A stretch of DNA of 32,000 nt from Candidatus Iainarchaeum sp. (GTDB lineage: Archaea; Iainarchaeota; Iainarchaeia; Iainarchaeales; 0-14-0-20-34-12), in contig JAUSKK010000002.1 in assembly GCA_030649345.1 (NCBI GenBank), positions 6,189 to 38,188 on the forward strand. Reading direction: 5' to 3'. Each line of letters starts with the position of its first letter. Within the stretch, counting starts at the first letter, position 1. A program made the translations under genes and the position numbers. A model generated the notes under the pieces. It saw only the letters and a list, made by a program, of their open reading frames with translations, had not been told where the DNA came from and made no database searches. This document shows positions 1-9,449 of the stretch, one piece after another.

Positions 1-222
1 TTCAGAAACTTGTTCAATAAAATGAGAATACATTCCTTGTTTTTCCAATTGTTCAAAATTATACGAAGCCATCTTACATAAAGCAGCTCCTTTTTTTGGA
101 ATCAAATCCGGCATTTCACCATAATCAAAAACAGAATAACGATCCGAAAATTTAAAAATTCCCAAGCCTTCTTTGTGCTCAGACGCTTTTTCTAAAACAG
201 TTAAATCTTTCACTGAACCCAT
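1..222 (-). CDS. purC: SAICAR synthase (phosphoribosylaminoimidazole-succinocarboxamide synthase), N-terminal part; gene runs off the window
   Basis: My reverse-strand translation from the ATG at 222 gives MGSVKDLTVLEKASEHKEGLGIFKFSDRYSVFDYGEMPDLIPKKGAALCKMASYNFEQLEKQGMYSHFIEQVSE. The FSDRYSVFDYG...IP.KG block is the typical PurC N-terminus. Confidence 0.8.
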   Translation of the reverse strand, partial: MGSVKDLTVLEKASEHKEGLGIFKFSDRYSVFDYGEMPDLIPKKGAALCKMASYNFEQLEKQGMYSHFIEQVSE

Positions 223-331
223 AAACTACACAACCACTTACCTACAGAGACCTAAACTGCTTTTTAACCTTTTCATGCAGTTCAAAGCAGTCAAACCAAA
301 GAGTTATTTAAACATTTAACAAAATTAAATT

Positions 332-1414
332 ATGCCTAAAAGTTCATGGATTCGAAAACTTAGACAAGGAACCAAAACTACATTCGGAAGAAGAATTGAC
401 AGAATACGAAAAATGCTTCCAGTTGAAGAACAGCCTAAAACAAAAGTTACTTTGGCCAACGGAAAAGTAATTGACTTAATTGCAGTACGAGAACTTTTAG
501 TCAACATGCATGCTTGGAAAGGCTTAGACCCAAAAGAATTGCGCAAAGTATTTCAAAAACAATTGGACCAATTTGAAAGACTTTCCAGAGTGCGAAGACT
601 TCAAGCAGCAGGAAAAAGTTATCGAGAAATTGCCGCAGCCACTGGAGAAAAATATGGAACCATTCGCACTTGGCTGGATGGATCACAACTTCCTTTTTGG
701 TTAAGCGAACGATTTATGGTTGCGGAATTCAGACATCGAAAGCCAGTTAATTTACAAGCATTAACCAATCAAAAAGATCCTGCCGTTCAAAAAGCACTTG
801 GATACATTGCAGGAACTTATTTTGGAAATTTATATAATGCACAGAACACCAGCGGAATGGCCATGCAATTACAATTTAGCGGAAGAAGTCCGGCAATAGC
901 TCAAGAACTAACTCAAGCAATAGATCTTACACGAGGATCTCAAACAAAAATTAAAATACGAGTAAAACCAACTGGAACAACACAAACATTCAAAGTGGCT
1001 TCCCAGGATTTAATTCAGCAGCTCAATCAATTAACAGAATATGCTGAAAAACCTGCAAAAATTCAAAGACTATTAAAAACACCGGAAGCAGAATTGGCAT
1101 TTTTGAAAGCACTCATGGACAGCCATGGACTTGTTTGGGTAAATAAAAAAAACCCTAAAAAATCTTATATTCGAATAAATTTTTACAAAAAAAATACATT
1201 GCCCAATACAACAAGTAGACTCGTACATCCCTCCATTCAAGAACTAACAGATTGCACACAACAACTGTTTAGAAAACACGGAATTACTACACGGTTTACG
1301 CCAACCGGAAATGGAGCCAGTATATATATTCTTAAACGATCTTGGAAAACACTTCATCAAAAAATCGGGTTTAATGAAGAAAAACATGCAAAAAGACTCG
1401 CAGCATTGGCATAA
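332..1414 (+). CDS. DNA-binding protein: N-terminal helix-turn-helix plus two degenerate LAGLIDADG-like motifs (free-standing, probably catalytically inactive homing-endonuclease-like fold)
   Basis: HTH-like segment GKSYREIAAATGEKYGTIRTWL. Motif 1 is LGYIAGTYFGN and motif 2 is FLKALMDSHG, about 100 aa apart as in double-motif LAGLIDADG proteins. The metal-binding acidic positions read N and H. Confidence 0.5.
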   Translation: MPKSSWIRKLRQGTKTTFGRRIDRIRKMLPVEEQPKTKVTLANGKVIDLIAVRELLVNMHAWKGLDPKELRKVFQKQLDQFERLSRVRRLQAAGKSYREIAAATGEKYGTIRTWLDGSQLPFWLSERFMVAEFRHRKPVNLQALTNQKDPAVQKALGYIAGTYFGNLYNAQNTSGMAMQLQFSGRSPAIAQELTQAIDLTRGSQTKIKIRVKPTGTTQTFKVASQDLIQQLNQLTEYAEKPAKIQRLLKTPEAELAFLKALMDSHGLVWVNKKNPKKSYIRINFYKKNTLPNTTSRLVHPSIQELTDCTQQLFRKHGITTRFTPTGNGASIYILKRSWKTLHQKIGFNEEKHAKRLAALA

Positions 1415-1506
1415 ATTAATTCAACAATATTTTCTGCACATTAAATTCAACCCATCAACCAGCCTTTATAGACAGCAATATATATTGAAATCCATCTAAA
1501 ATAAAT

Positions 1507-3165
1507 ATGAAAACAAATTTTTTACTATTAGTTTTAATATTGCTTTTAAGCATTCTTACCGGCTGTACAACAACAAACAGCGATGCACTTACTTTTGTAA
1601 AAAAAATTCCAGATGTGCAATCATTTTTAGAAGAAAATCCTGGCGCGGAAGCCAGAGTAATTTACTTGGATGCAGATTATGTAAGTGCAAATATTGAAAT
1701 TATACGAAAAAATTGCGGAGAACAAATGCAAATAATTCCATACTACTATGCAACCCTAGTAAACGAAAATCAAATTATTGAAATTTACACGGATGAAAGT
1801 GCAAGCAGAGTTTTATGCATTTTTAACCAAGCACTATATGAAAATGAAAACCCAGAAGACGGAACAGAAATAATGGACGGCAATGATGAATTAACCACTG
1901 GAGAGGATTTAAACGACTTGGAAATTAGCATAGATGATTTGAATGACAATGCAGACGAAACAGGAAATGATTTTGCAGACAATAACGTTGATGACTCCAC
2001 AGATACTGATTTAGAAAATGAAAACAATTTTGGCCCAGAATATAATTTAGAAGACCAAGCATTTTCAGACACAGTCTGCAGCACAATGCCCAACACTGCA
2101 ATGCATTTAGTGGATGAATACATCGCAGTCCTTATACCGTCTAGACTGGACAGTACACTGGCAGAAACAGGAGAAAGAATAACGTTTACAAAACAAGATG
2201 GTTTTACTGACTGGGGACAATATTACAATGCAGACACCAGCAACACAGAAGGCAGATATTTTTGGAAATGCTGGATTAATGGAGGACCCAATAATCATTT
2301 ATGCATTATTCCAATATCTGCAGAAATAAATTATGGAAATGGAAATACAGTAACCAAAACAGGAGCTATCCGACTTGCGTTCTCCGGACCCTTGGAAGCA
2401 CTTAAATTAAAAACAACCAATACTTCAACAACCCAAACCAATACAGATGCAACTATTACTTCAGATAATAATTCAACAACTCAAGATGAGCCAGTTACCA
2501 GTGATTCCAATGGACCACAATCCGCACCCTACATGGGGCTTCCAGGCCCGAGAAGTGCTACAACTCAATCACCATCAGATTCACTTATTCAAACAAGTAC
2601 TGCAAATTTTTCTGAAGAATGCCCAGCTGAACCCAGTTATGGAGAAGGTGGACCCAGAATGGTTGTTCCTCAAATGGGACGTTCCTGGATTCCAATCAGT
2701 GAACAAATGCCGCCCAATCAATGTTATGGGCCCAAAGAAGCAGTGCCTACATTTACAAAAACAGATTGTGCTGTTATCTTTGATGATCCATGCCCTGAAC
2801 TACGAGAACAAACACTATGCGGCAAATGTGATTATACGCATACATCACTTTTTACAGATGCAGACACAAGATATTATGTTCACCCAGAATACAAGTCTAA
2901 CCTAGGACAATGCAGATACTGCAATAGCAATCAATCCTGCGGAAGCAATGACAATTATGGAATATGCGGATCTGTTTGTGTCAATACACCCATAGTACCA
3001 CCGCCAGCCAGAAATTATTACATTAATTGCGGACAATGTACTGAAGGCCAGCCATTTGCCATTGATTTTCCAGACAGAAGCATTGAATCCTGGAGTGCCT
3101 GCATAAACAATTACAATTGGTGTGTTGACATTGGATGCGGTAGAATTTTAGACAACTGCAGATAA
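1507..3165 (+). CDS. Secreted lipoprotein with an acidic D/E/N-rich region, a Thr/Ser-rich linker and a Cys-rich C-terminal domain; function unknown
   Basis: Signal peptide plus lipobox (LLLSILTGC). Acidic tract DGNDELTTGEDLNDLEISIDDLNDNADETGNDFADNNVDDSTDTDLENENN and linker TTNTSTTQTNTDATITSDNNSTTQDEPVTSDS. About 20 Cys in the last ~190 aa. Confidence 0.7.
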   Translation: MKTNFLLLVLILLLSILTGCTTTNSDALTFVKKIPDVQSFLEENPGAEARVIYLDADYVSANIEIIRKNCGEQMQIIPYYYATLVNENQIIEIYTDESASRVLCIFNQALYENENPEDGTEIMDGNDELTTGEDLNDLEISIDDLNDNADETGNDFADNNVDDSTDTDLENENNFGPEYNLEDQAFSDTVCSTMPNTAMHLVDEYIAVLIPSRLDSTLAETGERITFTKQDGFTDWGQYYNADTSNTEGRYFWKCWINGGPNNHLCIIPISAEINYGNGNTVTKTGAIRLAFSGPLEALKLKTTNTSTTQTNTDATITSDNNSTTQDEPVTSDSNGPQSAPYMGLPGPRSATTQSPSDSLIQTSTANFSEECPAEPSYGEGGPRMVVPQMGRSWIPISEQMPPNQCYGPKEAVPTFTKTDCAVIFDDPCPELREQTLCGKCDYTHTSLFTDADTRYYVHPEYKSNLGQCRYCNSNQSCGSNDNYGICGSVCVNTPIVPPPARNYYINCGQCTEGQPFAIDFPDRSIESWSACINNYNWCVDIGCGRILDNCR

Positions 3166-3191
3166 AATAGCTTCAAATTTATTTTTAAAAA

Positions 3192-3980
3192 TTACTGCAA
3201 CAAGTCTTTTCTTTTTTGTTCTCTAAATTTATTTAATTTTTCAACCCAAACAAAATTTGAAATTGCCAACAATTCCAAAGCAGCCAAAACAGCATTTTCT
3301 GCCCTATTTAATCCAACAAACAAACCATTGCTTTTAGAAGTCAAAGAATAAAATTCTAAAACATCTGAAGCAATAGAATTTTCTTTACAGGCAACAAAAA
3401 TAACAGAAAAGCCTTTAGAGTCTACTTGCTTGGTTTTCATTAAATCCACAAAATCCAAATAAACAACATTTTTTTCAGAATAAGCAGGCTTTTCCAAAAC
3501 AGCAAAAGGAACACTAAATTCTTTCAACACTAATTGAGCTTTCTCTAAATACTTTGCCAAATTCTTTCCTCGTTTTATTAAAACAATTTTTTCAAATTTA
3601 TTTTTAGAAAACAATTCAGCATACTGTGCACAAACTTTAGTTTGATCAATTCCTGAACCCAAAACAGGAATGCCTCCAGGGATCTGAATGCAAGCCAGCA
3701 AAGCATCCAAACCAGAATAATTTCCAGACAAAGGCAAACCCATCACAGGCTTGATTGTTTGAGCTGCAACAGCACCTGGTAAAGCACAGCTTAAACCAGC
3801 ACCGGCAATAATTACTTTGGCATCTGAAGAATGAATTTTTTGCTCTAATTCTTTCGGAGTTCTGTGAGCCGATAAAAACGCAAGCTCAAAAGAAACATTT
3901 TTGGATTTAAAATAATCCAAAATTTCTTCTGCAAACTTTTTGTCAGATTTAGACCCAAACAAAACCAATACGTCAACCAT
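3192..3980 (-). CDS. purE: PurE-like (N5-CAIR mutase / AIR carboxylase family) protein with a ~100-aa C-terminal extension
   Basis: N-terminal ~150 aa carry PurE hallmarks: VLFGSKSD, LSAHRTP, IIAGAGLSCALPGAVAAQT, PVMGLPL. Length is 262 aa versus ~160 aa for a single PurE domain. The tail (KIVLIKRGKN...FVACKENS...) looks like a second degenerate flavodoxin-like half. Confidence 0.7.
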   Translation of the reverse strand: MVDVLVLFGSKSDKKFAEEILDYFKSKNVSFELAFLSAHRTPKELEQKIHSSDAKVIIAGAGLSCALPGAVAAQTIKPVMGLPLSGNYSGLDALLACIQIPGGIPVLGSGIDQTKVCAQYAELFSKNKFEKIVLIKRGKNLAKYLEKAQLVLKEFSVPFAVLEKPAYSEKNVVYLDFVDLMKTKQVDSKGFSVIFVACKENSIASDVLEFYSLTSKSNGLFVGLNRAENAVLAALELLAISNFVWVEKLNKFREQKRKDLLQ

Positions 3981-4017
3981 AGCAATACTTTAAAGGACAT
4001 AAAGTTAAAAAATAAGT

Positions 4018-5289
4018 ATGAATTATGCACAAGGGCAAAACTACCTTACAAACTTAGAAAAATACGGAATTCAATTAGGATTAACCAGAATCAAAAAAGC
4101 ACTTTCATACTTGAATCAACCGGAACAAAAAACAAAATTTATTCACATTGCCGGAACCAATGGAAAAGGCAGCACAGCTTATCTTTTAGCAGGAATTCTA
4201 AAAAACGCAGGTTATCGAACTGGATTATATATCAGTCCGGAAATAGTTTGCTTTGAAGAACGAATTCAAATCAATGGAAAATATATTTCGAAAAAAGAAG
4301 TAACAAAACAAACAGAAAAAATAAAAAAACTAAATAAAAAATTCAATCTCAAACTAACCCAGTTTGAATTCATCACAGTTTTAGCACTGAATTATTTTAC
4401 ACAACAAAAATGCGACATTGTCGTCTTAGAAACTGGCTTGGGCGGAAGAATGGATGCCACCAATATTGTTCAGCCAGAAGCAAGCGTAATTATGAATATT
4501 GGTTTAGAGCATACCGAAATATTGGGAAATACTTTGGAAAAAATTGCGAAAGAAAAAGCAGGGATCATTAAAGAAAATTCAATTTTGGTTACCGGAGAAA
4601 AAAATAGGAAAATTTTGAAATTATTTGAAAAAATTTGTGAAAAGAAAAATACTCAGATATATCGACTTGGAAAAGAATTCAAAGTAAACCAATTCAATCA
4701 AACTTGGAATTTTCAAACAATTCATTTTTCAAACAAAACAACAAAATTCAAAAAAATGAAGCTCAAAATGCTGGGCTTGCATCAATGCGAGAACGCAGGA
4801 CTTGCAATTGAAACAGCAATTAAACTAAAAGAAAAAGGCTGGAATCAAATTAATGAAAAAGCAATCCGAAAAAGTTTGGGCACAATTCAAAATCCCGGAC
4901 GATTGCAAACAATTCAAAAAAAACCACGAATTATTTTAGATTGTGCACACAATGAACATGGAATAAATGCATTGGTTCAAAGCATGGAAAAATTACTGAA
5001 AAGAAAAAAAATAAGAGTGATATTCGGTGTATTGAAAGACAAAAATGTAAATAACATGATTTCCAAAATAATTCCATTGGCTGAAAAAATTTATTGCACT
5101 GAACCTGAAAACAAGCGAGCTTTGCCTGCACAAGAATTGAAAAAAATTATTCAAAAAAGGAATAAACAGATTCCAATTGAAGTAATTCAAAATCCAAAAA
5201 AAGCAATCCAGAAAGCCCTTCAAGAAAGCAGTTCAAAAGACGTTATTTTGATATGCGGAAGCTGTTATTTGATTTCACAACTTATTTAA
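4018..5289 (+). CDS. folC: Folylpolyglutamate synthase / dihydrofolate synthase (Mur ligase family)
   Basis: P-loop HIAGTNGKGST, VLETGLGGRMDATN, and overall FolC length and architecture. Confidence 0.85.
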   Translation: MNYAQGQNYLTNLEKYGIQLGLTRIKKALSYLNQPEQKTKFIHIAGTNGKGSTAYLLAGILKNAGYRTGLYISPEIVCFEERIQINGKYISKKEVTKQTEKIKKLNKKFNLKLTQFEFITVLALNYFTQQKCDIVVLETGLGGRMDATNIVQPEASVIMNIGLEHTEILGNTLEKIAKEKAGIIKENSILVTGEKNRKILKLFEKICEKKNTQIYRLGKEFKVNQFNQTWNFQTIHFSNKTTKFKKMKLKMLGLHQCENAGLAIETAIKLKEKGWNQINEKAIRKSLGTIQNPGRLQTIQKKPRIILDCAHNEHGINALVQSMEKLLKRKKIRVIFGVLKDKNVNNMISKIIPLAEKIYCTEPENKRALPAQELKKIIQKRNKQIPIEVIQNPKKAIQKALQESSSKDVILICGSCYLISQLI

Positions 5290-5333
5290 ACAATTAGCAT
5301 TCCAGTATAGTAATACACTTTGGAGGGAATTAA

Positions 5334-6056
5334 ATGGGGTTTAATTTAAAGGAATTTTTTACAGGAAAACGTTTGCTGTTTATGGCAGTATTTGCGTTTA
5401 TTGGCTGGTTTGCATTGCAAATCAATTTATTCAGATACGAAGGAGTTACAGGAAAATTTTTCACTTGGTTTGAATTAATCGGACCTCAAGCTGGAGCCTT
5501 TCTAGGACCAATACCTGGATTCATTGCAACCTTTTTGTCCAGAGTGATTAATTTATTTGTGTTCGCCAAACCTTTTGACACAATGGCAATCATTTCATTG
5601 TTTACTTTAGCGCTTGGAGCATTCTATTTTGGTTCAGCACACAACCGACAAAAATTAACCGGAAAATTAGCTATTCTTATTCCGGCTTTGTGCATAATTG
5701 CATTTGTAGCTAACCCAATTGGAATCCAAGTATGGTATTTTGCATTATTTTGGACTTTGCCAATCATTGCAGGATTGTTTTTCAACAAACACTTGTTTGC
5801 AAGAGCTTTAGGCTCAACTTTAACAGCTCATGCAGTCGGCGGAGCTTTATGGGTTTGGTTTGTGCCAGCAGGACAAAGTGCAGCATTTTGGAATGCATTA
5901 ATTTTCATTATGCCTATTGAAAGACTAATGTATGCTATTGGAATTACTGTAAGCTTTGTGGTTTTGAATACAGTTTTAAGCAAAATAGAAACTGTCAACA
6001 AAAGCACAGAAATCAACGTAAATCCAAATTATGTAATTGGAAAAACTGCAAACTAA
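5334..6056 (+). CDS. Integral membrane protein (about 6 TM segments), function unknown
   Basis: Hydrophobic throughout. Strong SD (GGAGGG) 7 nt upstream of the ATG. Lies directly downstream of folC. I recognise no diagnostic motif. Confidence 0.65.
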   Translation: MGFNLKEFFTGKRLLFMAVFAFIGWFALQINLFRYEGVTGKFFTWFELIGPQAGAFLGPIPGFIATFLSRVINLFVFAKPFDTMAIISLFTLALGAFYFGSAHNRQKLTGKLAILIPALCIIAFVANPIGIQVWYFALFWTLPIIAGLFFNKHLFARALGSTLTAHAVGGALWVWFVPAGQSAAFWNALIFIMPIERLMYAIGITVSFVVLNTVLSKIETVNKSTEINVNPNYVIGKTAN

Positions 6057-6127
6057 AAGCAGTTTTTCTTCTTTTTCTTTTTTTATCAAACCAAATCTTT
6101 TTCTTTAGTTCATACAAATGAATTAGT

Positions 6128-6793
6128 ATGCCAGTATTTGGAAAAGGAAGAACACAACGCAAAGGACCTACAATTCGAAAAGACCATAATGAAATAGCCA
6201 GAAAATTGAAAAAAGAAAGAACTGTTCGCGAAACAAAAAAAGGAATAATTTGGGAATTCAGCCATGGTTCTTTATCGGATGTTATCAAACACTTAAATTA
6301 TCCCATTCAAGAACACATAGAACATTTACTTAAACGAAGAAAGAATCCTGTTATTGTAGATTGGGGCTGCGGTGCAGGCACAGCCATTACAACACTAGCT
6401 CAACAGTTTCCCAAGGCACGCTGTTATGGTTTTGGAGATCAAAGACACCCAGAATGGAAAACAAATGAACATGCAAAACTTATCTGGGCACCAGCTGAAG
6501 ACTTTCGAAGATATTTCAAAGATAATTCAATTGATTTTATGTATTCTCATTTAGGATTAACTCATTTACACAACCCAGTTTATGTTATTGGACTTCTTAA
6601 AAAACTCCGCACAGGAGGAACTTTGGTTACTGGACTAGTAGAAACCAGTATTTTCAAAGGCCATGTACCCGAACATATGGGAAGACAAATACGCAAAAAT
6701 GGAAAAACAACAGTACTGTTAACTTTGGGAGATATTCGAATACGTGTACATGAAATAAGTCCAAATAATTTTGAAATTAGAAGAATAAATTAA
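6128..6793 (+). CDS. Class I SAM-dependent methyltransferase with a basic N-terminal extension
   Basis: Motif I VIVDWGCGAGTAITTLA. The N-terminal ~50 aa are rich in K/R. Confidence 0.7.
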   Translation: MPVFGKGRTQRKGPTIRKDHNEIARKLKKERTVRETKKGIIWEFSHGSLSDVIKHLNYPIQEHIEHLLKRRKNPVIVDWGCGAGTAITTLAQQFPKARCYGFGDQRHPEWKTNEHAKLIWAPAEDFRRYFKDNSIDFMYSHLGLTHLHNPVYVIGLLKKLRTGGTLVTGLVETSIFKGHVPEHMGRQIRKNGKTTVLLTLGDIRIRVHEISPNNFEIRRIN

Positions 6794-6794
6794 A

Positions 6795-7547
6795 GTGAAA
6801 AAAATGTTTACAGATATTCATTGCCATTTAGATGAATTGGAAAATATCCCTGAATTAATTGCTCGCGCGAAAGAAAATCAAGTAGAGATCATGTTCTCGA
6901 ATTCAGTGGACTTGAAAAGCATGCAAGCCAATTTGAAATTAGGAAAACAATTTTCTGAAATAAAGCCTTTATTGGGATTGCACCCCAAAGATATTTTGAA
7001 AATGAGCGATAGTGAGATTGAAATTGGATTAAAGTTTATTGAAAAAAATTTGAAAAACTGCGCAGGCATTGGAGAAATTGGATTGGATTACAAATATGCA
7101 GAAACAGGAACTCAACAACAAAAACAGCAAACAATTTTTGAACAACAAATTCAAATTGCAAAAGAAAATGATTTAGCTATAGAAGTGCACTCCAGAAGAG
7201 CCAGAGAACAATGCTTGGAAACTTTAAAAAAGATGAACGCTGAAAAAGTTTTGCTTCATTGGTTTAATGGAAACCAAAAACAAATTCAAATCATTCAAGA
7301 CCATAACTGGTTTGTTTCAATTGGCGCCAGTATTTTATTTCAAGACTACAACCATGAAGTCATTAAAGCACTAGAATTGGAGCACTTACTGATTGAAACA
7401 GATACTCCAGTGCCCTTTAATGGACAAAACAGCGAACCTGCATGGATTCGAAAAATAGCTGAAAAAATTGCAGAAATTAAGGAAATTTCATTAAAAGAAA
7501 TTGAAAAAACAACCTGGAAGAATACAAAAAAATTGTTCAAAATATGA
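6795..7547 (+). CDS. tatD: TatD-family metal-dependent hydrolase (DNase)
   Basis: DIHCHLD, GEIGLDY, EVHSR, LHWFNG and ETDTP motifs. The track start at 6795 is GTG. An in-frame ATG at 6804 (MFTDIHCHLD) is an equally good or better start. Confidence 0.9.
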   Translation: MKKMFTDIHCHLDELENIPELIARAKENQVEIMFSNSVDLKSMQANLKLGKQFSEIKPLLGLHPKDILKMSDSEIEIGLKFIEKNLKNCAGIGEIGLDYKYAETGTQQQKQQTIFEQQIQIAKENDLAIEVHSRRAREQCLETLKKMNAEKVLLHWFNGNQKQIQIIQDHNWFVSIGASILFQDYNHEVIKALELEHLLIETDTPVPFNGQNSEPAWIRKIAEKIAEIKEISLKEIEKTTWKNTKKLFKI

Positions 7548-7610
7548 CAAAAAGGTATAAAAAGACAAAGATCGTTACTTTTTAGTAAACAAAAAAGTGA
7601 GCCTAATTAG

Positions 7611-8204
7611 GTGAAGTTAAAAGGTGAATTTGTGTTAACCCTTGCATTAAGTGCAGTCGTAGGAATGCTAGCCATAGCCAATGTTGTTATTTATAAAAAT
7701 TCTGAATTAATTAAAAACGGCAAACAAAATATTGAAAAAATAGAAGACAAACGAACAGCATTCCAAAAAAATGACTTGCCAACTATGGAAAAAAAACAAA
7801 TTCAAAAAACCAATTACTCGAACAAATATCCTTCATTGATTCAGTTGGCTAGTGAATCTCAAGGCACGCATCCATTATTAGCTCAAAAACTTTCCACACT
7901 CCAATCCGACATTAACTATTTGGATAAACAAATGGAAGGAAGCCTAAAACGATTGGAAAAAATTGAAATGGGTTTAAGTTTGCATGGAGATATTAATTTT
8001 GAAGGAATCAAAGCAGTCGTAGATGAAAATACAGTTCGAAAAATTGCAAACTTAGAAGAATTCAAACGAAACGCATTCTTAGAAATTGAAGCCTTGAAAC
8101 AAAAAGTATACGAAGAAAAAACAGAAGAAACTCCAAAGCCCAATACTCAAAACCCTGAATTGGATGAAAAAATTAGAAACATTGCATTCAATATCCGAAA
8201 CTAA
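7611..8204 (+). CDS. Membrane-anchored coiled-coil protein, function unknown
   Basis: GTG start, one N-terminal TM segment (FVLTLALSAVVGMLAIANVVIY), remainder charged and helical. Confidence 0.55.
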   Translation: MKLKGEFVLTLALSAVVGMLAIANVVIYKNSELIKNGKQNIEKIEDKRTAFQKNDLPTMEKKQIQKTNYSNKYPSLIQLASESQGTHPLLAQKLSTLQSDINYLDKQMEGSLKRLEKIEMGLSLHGDINFEGIKAVVDENTVRKIANLEEFKRNAFLEIEALKQKVYEEKTEETPKPNTQNPELDEKIRNIAFNIRN

Positions 8205-8210
8205 TTTTTT

Positions 8211-8717
8211 ATGAACCCAGAAAAAAAAGTAACCAAAGCCAATCAAATATTTGATTGCGTAAGCTGTGGAAAAAAAGCAGACTACCAAGAAACAACCTAT
8301 ACAGTTCCTTATTTTGGGCAATTATTAATTTCGTCTCTTTCTTGCCCGCACTGCCAATGGAAGGCTACCCAAATTTTTTCATTGAATGAAAAAAAAGAAC
8401 CTGTTAAATTTTCGGTTAAAATTGAAACCATCGAAGACATGGAAACCAAAGTCATTCGATCTGGAAATGGAACCATTAAAATTCCTGAACTCGGAATAGA
8501 AATTACGCCTACCACCAACACCGAAGGATACTACAACAATATTGAAGGATTACTGGAATTGGTCCAAGAACTGATCATTGAAAGCACAGACAAAAATGCA
8601 CAAAAAACAGTTCAACAAATCAGTCAAGCCAGAAATGGAAAATTAAACTTTACAGTCATACTCGAAGATTCAACTGGAAATAGTGCCTTGATTGGAAAAA
8701 AAGTAAAAAAATTATAA
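8211..8717 (+). CDS. ZPR1-type zinc-finger protein
   Basis: CVSCGKK...CPHCQWK CxxC pairs followed by the ZPR1 beta-rich module (VIRSGNGTIKIPELGIEI). This family is restricted to archaea and eukaryotes. Confidence 0.75.
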   Translation: MNPEKKVTKANQIFDCVSCGKKADYQETTYTVPYFGQLLISSLSCPHCQWKATQIFSLNEKKEPVKFSVKIETIEDMETKVIRSGNGTIKIPELGIEITPTTNTEGYYNNIEGLLELVQELIIESTDKNAQKTVQQISQARNGKLNFTVILEDSTGNSALIGKKVKKL

Positions 8718-9395
8718 CTTAGATTTCCAAGTTTTCCTTTTTTCGTTATTCAAAGAAGTATCTCGAACAAATTTTGCTAAAACACTGGCAGCACCAATTA
8801 CAGGTTCTAAATCATCGCCTTTGACAATAAATTCAACATTTTTAGATTTTAAAGGCAACGGATTTCCGTCAATTTTGATTTTAAAATCTAAATTCGTTTT
8901 TTGAGCTTCTTGAATAATGGAGTCCATAGCTTGGGCTTCCATTTGATTCAAATTAATTCCTTGCAAACGCAAAGAATCAATTTCACCCGGAGAAAAAATA
9001 CGGACAAAAATATGCTTGGCTTTTTGTTCGACTATTTTTTTCTTTTCTTCAATTTTTTGAATCTTTTTACTGTCTCTTAATTCCAAAAAATCTTTGGAAC
9101 AGCCTAAAATACCTACAACCACCAAGATTCCAAAATTTTCTCCTCGGCCAGTTTCATCAATTCCCAAAATCAAAAAATCGTCTAACTTTAATTTGGATAA
9201 AATTAATTCTTTAACTTGTTCTGCGCCAGAACCTTGAATTAAAAGTTTTTTGGAAGCATACAAAGTAACTGCACAATTCAAAATTTTCCATCTGCCTAAT
9301 TCGTATTGGGATTTAAGTTGCAGTTTTTCAAAAGCATTTAAAACAATCAATAAACTTTCTTTAGATTGATTGGAGAAATTTAAACTCAAACTCAA
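8712..9395 (-). CDS. Type 2 RNase H with an RNase HIII-like N-terminal domain
   Basis: The N-terminal VTLYASKKLLIQGSGAEQ matches the RNase HIII N-domain signature (TAYrSGKVLFQG..AE). Catalytic motifs present: GIDETGRGE, RDSKK, KIDGN, KGDD...IGAASVLAKFVRD. Confidence 0.75.
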   Translation of the reverse strand: MSLSLNFSNQSKESLLIVLNAFEKLQLKSQYELGRWKILNCAVTLYASKKLLIQGSGAEQVKELILSKLKLDDFLILGIDETGRGENFGILVVVGILGCSKDFLELRDSKKIQKIEEKKKIVEQKAKHIFVRIFSPGEIDSLRLQGINLNQMEAQAMDSIIQEAQKTNLDFKIKIDGNPLPLKSKNVEFIVKGDDLEPVIGAASVLAKFVRDTSLNNEKRKTWKSKL

Positions 9396-9449
9396 GCAAT
9401 CACACGCACAAAAAAGGAAAAGAAATTAATAAGCTTTTCCAAAAAAAGC

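Noticed and set aside
332-380. Shared N-terminal motif between ORF 332 (MPKSSWIRKLRQG) and ORF 22754 (MPKPTRRWLRQVARQG); also AAGACAA-like octamers in both genes resembling the element's left end
   Set aside because: The similarity reduces to MPK plus W-[IL]-R in basic sequence, and the octamer is expected by chance in 32 kb of A-rich DNA. Nothing supports homology.
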